IMG/VR virus record: IMGVR_UViG_3300045988_181536
Span: 1-64,000 of that record
DNA: 64,000 bases
DNA from: a virus
Reading direction: 5' to 3' (one strand)
A program made the translations under genes and the position numbers. Within the stretch, counting starts at the first letter, position 1, and each line of letters begins with the position of its first letter. Below are positions 60,427 to 64,000 of the stretch, one piece after another. The notes beneath the pieces were generated by a model that did not search any database, was not told the origin of the DNA, and saw nothing but the letters and a program-made list of their open reading frames with translations.

Positions 60427-63400
60427 ATGAGAATAAAAACTATTGAGAATATAATTGATAGCGTTGATCCTTATTTTATCTTAAAGGATCTGGGATTTTC
60501 CATTGGTCAGAAGCCCGCAAAACAAATTATTGATTATACACTGCGTAATTGCTCGGCTAATAATTATGGCGATACCGGAGCTGAAGAAGCGGATTTAATT
60601 TTAAAAGAATCTACATTAGAAGATTTGCCGGTTGATTCAGCTGATGCTATGGAGGCATATTACGCAAAGATCAACGGCAATTTATTACGCGTGTTGCCAT
60701 TTGGGTATTTGAATATAGACACATTATTTCAATTATCTAATACGCAAGAATTTTTGCCATTGGAAAAACTGGAAGATAAGATGTTTGTCGCAGGCACTTC
60801 CATAGACATGCTGGCGTATTATATGCGGGGGGACTATACAAAAGCCTTTAAAATCTTTTTTAAATATTATGGCGTGCAACTTAAAAGCAAACTTTTGCAT
60901 GAGCCAGCATACGTAGAAAAAGCATTAAAGCATATCCTTATTAAACGCAGAAACGTTTTAAATATAATTGTAGCATCTTTATTCGCCCAACCATCCGAAT
61001 TGTCTCATCAATTTGTTGAAACAAAAAAATGGATGCATCGCGGCAATATCCGAAGCATCAAAGGCATAGGTTTTCCGATAGATTCAGTGCATTTGTTTTA
61101 TATGCTGAAATTTATTGCCGACAATAACGTGCTGTCTTATGCGCCGGAAATTATTTCTTTGGATCAGCAAGATTTAAAAGTTAAAGAAGACAATAGCAGT
61201 TTTGCGTCTTTTATAAATGGCAAGCTGTTTAAAGAAAGCAACGAATGGATCGTTGTGCCTTATTTTGCGGACTATCACATCATTAATAGTTTAAAATTTA
61301 TTAATCCCAGAAATAACAGCTGTTATCAGGTTTATTTAAACAACTATAAAAATTCTTTTGCAGGCATTTATGCTTTAGATCCGCATATTGATTTTAACAA
61401 TACCAAAGTACGCGTATTAGAAAATGTATATGAAGCTATCGTGTTGCATAATTATGCCAAGGAATGCTTGGAATTAGAAGCAAACAACCAGTGTTATATC
61501 GCTGTAGATTTAAATACAAATGAACCGAATAATCTTCGTTCAAATCTAAGCGCATTTAGAAAACTGATATTTTTAAATGATTATAACAGCAGTTTGCAAA
61601 CAATCAAATCTTTGCATGACTCTTTATTGTTAAAAGACAGCACTGATGCAGATTTGTATATCTGCGATTATCACGGGTATAAAGAAGACAATTATTTATA
61701 TACCTATAACGCTTTTGTTGAAAACAAATATAAAACCTTAATTATTAATGCAGCAAGAACCACGGCTACGGGTGTTTCGTCGGAACTGCAATATTTGATG
61801 AATATTTTTGACGTTAATCAGCTGCCATTTAAACGCCGACTATTTGAATGGATAAAAGAAAATAATTATACAACTGTGTTGCAAAAACTTAACGCCATGT
61901 CCAGGGAGATGGTAGAGTTTAACAATTTTGTTATTTGGGAAACATCGGACGGATATATTGTCGAACCTAAAGACGACCCTTCCAATACCCAAATTCTTTC
62001 TAACTTTATTATAAAAGTTGATCAAAATATTATCTTTAAGGATTCAGAGGAGATAATACATAAAGGTCGTTTAATTATGGGCGGCGATCAAGAATACGCT
62101 ATTGCCTTTAGCAAAAAAGATTTATTAAAAAAATCAGCCATCGAAGATCTGGCTTTAAAGGCTTATACAAGATTTACCGTAACAAACTTAATTGAAGACG
62201 ATGAAAATATTAAGTTAAATTTGCCAACTTTATTTGAAGGAAGCGACAGTCCTTTTTATAAAAATTTAATCAGCGTTATCAGGCATAATATCAATAAAGC
62301 GCCCTGTAAATATGGAACGCTTTCTCTTGGATGGGATCGAGCAAATGGCGTGTATACTGCATTAGCATGGCAGGCGACTGCATTAAAGTTTAACTTAAAA
62401 AGCCAAAATGTGTTTTCGTTTTTATCCAGCCAAAGTAATGACACTGTAGAATGCATGAGCAAGGATTTAAAACTATGTTTTTCGTCCGACGTGCCCGTGC
62501 GCATGAGCTATAAAAAATACGCAAAGTTCTTAAATTCGGGGGTTAGGGATATCATAAGTTATATCATATCCGTATTTTATAGGCAATTTTTAGGATATAA
62601 TACAAAACCTTTATACGTTTATGACTCTGTAAACGCACGCAATTTAATTAAGTTTATATTTTTAGCATTAGGCCAGATTGCGCCATTTAATGTGCCGACA
62701 AACGACAGATTTATTAAATCTAAAAAATTGTTTAATGGATTAAACGAATATCCCGTTTATTTGCGTTGTAAAAATATGGCGCTTTTATCTGAAACATATC
62801 CCGAGTATCCTTATGTAATATTTGTTACACAAGATAATGTAACTGAGGATAATGAAAAGGAAATTTATAACGTTAATTACGGCTTAACCGCGCAAGCGTA
62901 TAAACAAGTAACTAAATTTGCATTGGATTCGTTAAGCAGATTTTTTAAATGGATGTTTAGCGTTAATGTTGAAGAATTTGCTTTAGATGATCAGATTGCC
63001 AGCAATGGATTACAGCTGATTGAAGAGGGCAATTTAATTTTTAATTATCTGTGGTGGGATAACGTTTTGGTTGCTTGTCAGTCGGAGATTAATCCTACGG
63101 CGGCATTAAGGGATTTATTAATGTCCATGACGCTTAGGCAGGTAATGGGACATTTATCTTATTATCCAAAAGGCGCCAATGGCAATGGGCAATATGTATT
63201 TAGAAAGGCTATGTTGCCGGAGGGATTAACAGCGAAAGCCCATACCCTTGTATATAATTGTCGTAAACATAAACTGGGGGCATATATTAAGCAACAAAGT
63301 AATGAATCATGGTGTAGCGTTTATTACGCTATGAATAAAGAATTTGTCGAAGATGTTCTGCAAGATGTAATGACCAAAGACGGTTATCCTATCAGACCCG

Positions 63401-63513
63401 AAGAATTAAAAATATTTGTGGAATCGGGAGTGGTATTGCAACTTACCGAATGGAAAAAGCCCGCACGTGTTGTTGATCGTGAAGTATTTGAGTCTGCGCA
63501 ACGAACAAGTTGA
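60427..63513 (+). CDS. large hypothetical protein (1028 aa)
   Basis: Flanked by hairpins. No Walker, PD-(D/E)xK or polymerase motifs recognised. Confidence 0.45.
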   Translation: MRIKTIENIIDSVDPYFILKDLGFSIGQKPAKQIIDYTLRNCSANNYGDTGAEEADLILKESTLEDLPVDSADAMEAYYAKINGNLLRVLPFGYLNIDTLFQLSNTQEFLPLEKLEDKMFVAGTSIDMLAYYMRGDYTKAFKIFFKYYGVQLKSKLLHEPAYVEKALKHILIKRRNVLNIIVASLFAQPSELSHQFVETKKWMHRGNIRSIKGIGFPIDSVHLFYMLKFIADNNVLSYAPEIISLDQQDLKVKEDNSSFASFINGKLFKESNEWIVVPYFADYHIINSLKFINPRNNSCYQVYLNNYKNSFAGIYALDPHIDFNNTKVRVLENVYEAIVLHNYAKECLELEANNQCYIAVDLNTNEPNNLRSNLSAFRKLIFLNDYNSSLQTIKSLHDSLLLKDSTDADLYICDYHGYKEDNYLYTYNAFVENKYKTLIINAARTTATGVSSELQYLMNIFDVNQLPFKRRLFEWIKENNYTTVLQKLNAMSREMVEFNNFVIWETSDGYIVEPKDDPSNTQILSNFIIKVDQNIIFKDSEEIIHKGRLIMGGDQEYAIAFSKKDLLKKSAIEDLALKAYTRFTVTNLIEDDENIKLNLPTLFEGSDSPFYKNLISVIRHNINKAPCKYGTLSLGWDRANGVYTALAWQATALKFNLKSQNVFSFLSSQSNDTVECMSKDLKLCFSSDVPVRMSYKKYAKFLNSGVRDIISYIISVFYRQFLGYNTKPLYVYDSVNARNLIKFIFLALGQIAPFNVPTNDRFIKSKKLFNGLNEYPVYLRCKNMALLSETYPEYPYVIFVTQDNVTEDNEKEIYNVNYGLTAQAYKQVTKFALDSLSRFFKWMFSVNVEEFALDDQIASNGLQLIEEGNLIFNYLWWDNVLVACQSEINPTAALRDLLMSMTLRQVMGHLSYYPKGANGNGQYVFRKAMLPEGLTAKAHTLVYNCRKHKLGAYIKQQSNESWCSVYYAMNKEFVEDVLQDVMTKDGYPIRPEELKIFVESGVVLQLTEWKKPARVVDREVFESAQRTS

Positions 63514-63623
63514 AAAACTTTAAATAATTATGGTATATATACCTAGAAAGGACATGTTAACTTTGACATACACTTTAAATAAACTGTTTAAAGTGGGAAA
63601 TACGTAAAGTTAGCATAAAAAAT

Positions 63624-64000
63624 TATGAACAATTGGAAAAAATATATTATAGAGTTTATTGCAGTAGTTATGGTTATTATAACTACTGGTTTTATCTCCT
63701 TGCATGTTAGAGAGTGGATAGCAAAATCTAAAACAAATACATCTCGGCTATTCAATTCTAAAAAATTCCTTGAGGAGCTGCCTCTTCATTATGACAATAA
63801 GCTACCCGCTGAGACAATTATATGCGACGATGAAATCTCGTTAACTCGCAGGGACAAACGAGCTATTTTGTTTGATGCTTTGTCGGATTATGTTGCAGCC
63901 AAAACATCTTATATGTTGTCCAACTGGCACAGCGATAATAAGACCATTGTCGTTAACTCTAGCCTTAAAGAAATTGCTGTGGAGCTGATGCGCAAAGATG
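63624..64000 (+). CDS. partial CDS (N-terminal TM helix), running off the window end
   Basis: ATG at 63624. MNNWKKYIIEFIAVVMVIITTGFISL. Open to the end of the window, so it is absent from the ORF track. Confidence 0.35.

Noticed and set aside
1906-62504. All other minus-strand ORFs in the track (e.g. 19547..19945, 25767..26177, 44835..45209, 48897..49244, 54082..54441, 58680..58997)
   Set aside because: Each is nested antisense within a longer + strand gene of an unbroken co-directional operon. None has a plausible RBS or intergenic space, and several have low-complexity translations.
1-64000. tRNA, rRNA and CRISPR search
   Set aside because: No GTTCGAATC-type T-loop, no cloverleaf-sized GC-rich non-coding segments and no regularly spaced direct repeats. 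The few spacers over 60 nt (482..547, 23650..23915, 30584..30722, 33923..34062, 55499..55605) contain hairpins, not RNA genes.

Overview
The window is a densely packed, almost gap-free block of about 60 genes, all on the + strand. It is AT-rich (roughly mid-30s % GC) with short intergenic spacers, many stop/start overlaps (ATGA), Shine-Dalgarno motifs, lipobox lipoproteins and several rho-independent terminator hairpins. These are the hallmarks of the late/structural region of a large tailed phage with a contractile tail (a myovirus), not a cellular chromosome. Reading 5' to 3', the window breaks into five parts. (i) 1-9.8 kb holds glycine-zipper membrane proteins, a T4-lysozyme-like protein, a GNAT-like protein, lipoproteins, a clear papain-family (C1A) cysteine peptidase, a candidate spanin-like pair and three secreted proteins. 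(ii) 9.8-24 kb holds a C-terminal fragment of a multisubunit RNA polymerase beta-prime subunit. It contains the SGARGS region and a trigger loop interrupted by a 138-aa mini-intein. Around it are large hypothetical virion-type proteins, five of which share an N-terminal NFxKFAS motif. (iii) 24-38.6 kb is the head and tail morphogenesis module: decoration-like protein, major-capsid candidate with GC-rich codon usage, sheath, tube, VgrG/gp5-like spike, tape-measure-like protein. (iv) 38.7-47 kb holds cysteine-repeat structural proteins and a markedly AT-richer island of paralogous CxSC-motif proteins plus a membrane protein. (v) 47-64 kb holds a bona fide sigma-70-family factor, baseplate-type proteins, two tail fibers with shared KTIVGAINEL repeats (one of 1588 aa) and a terminal 1028-aa orphan protein. 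No tRNA, rRNA, CRISPR or transposon was found. The most notable candidates are a split, intein-bearing phage RNAP beta-prime plus a phage sigma factor in a virion-gene context, a shared N-terminal signal on candidate packaged proteins, and a C1A peptidase in a lysis-like cassette. All functional calls rest on motif-level reading only; no database search was possible.
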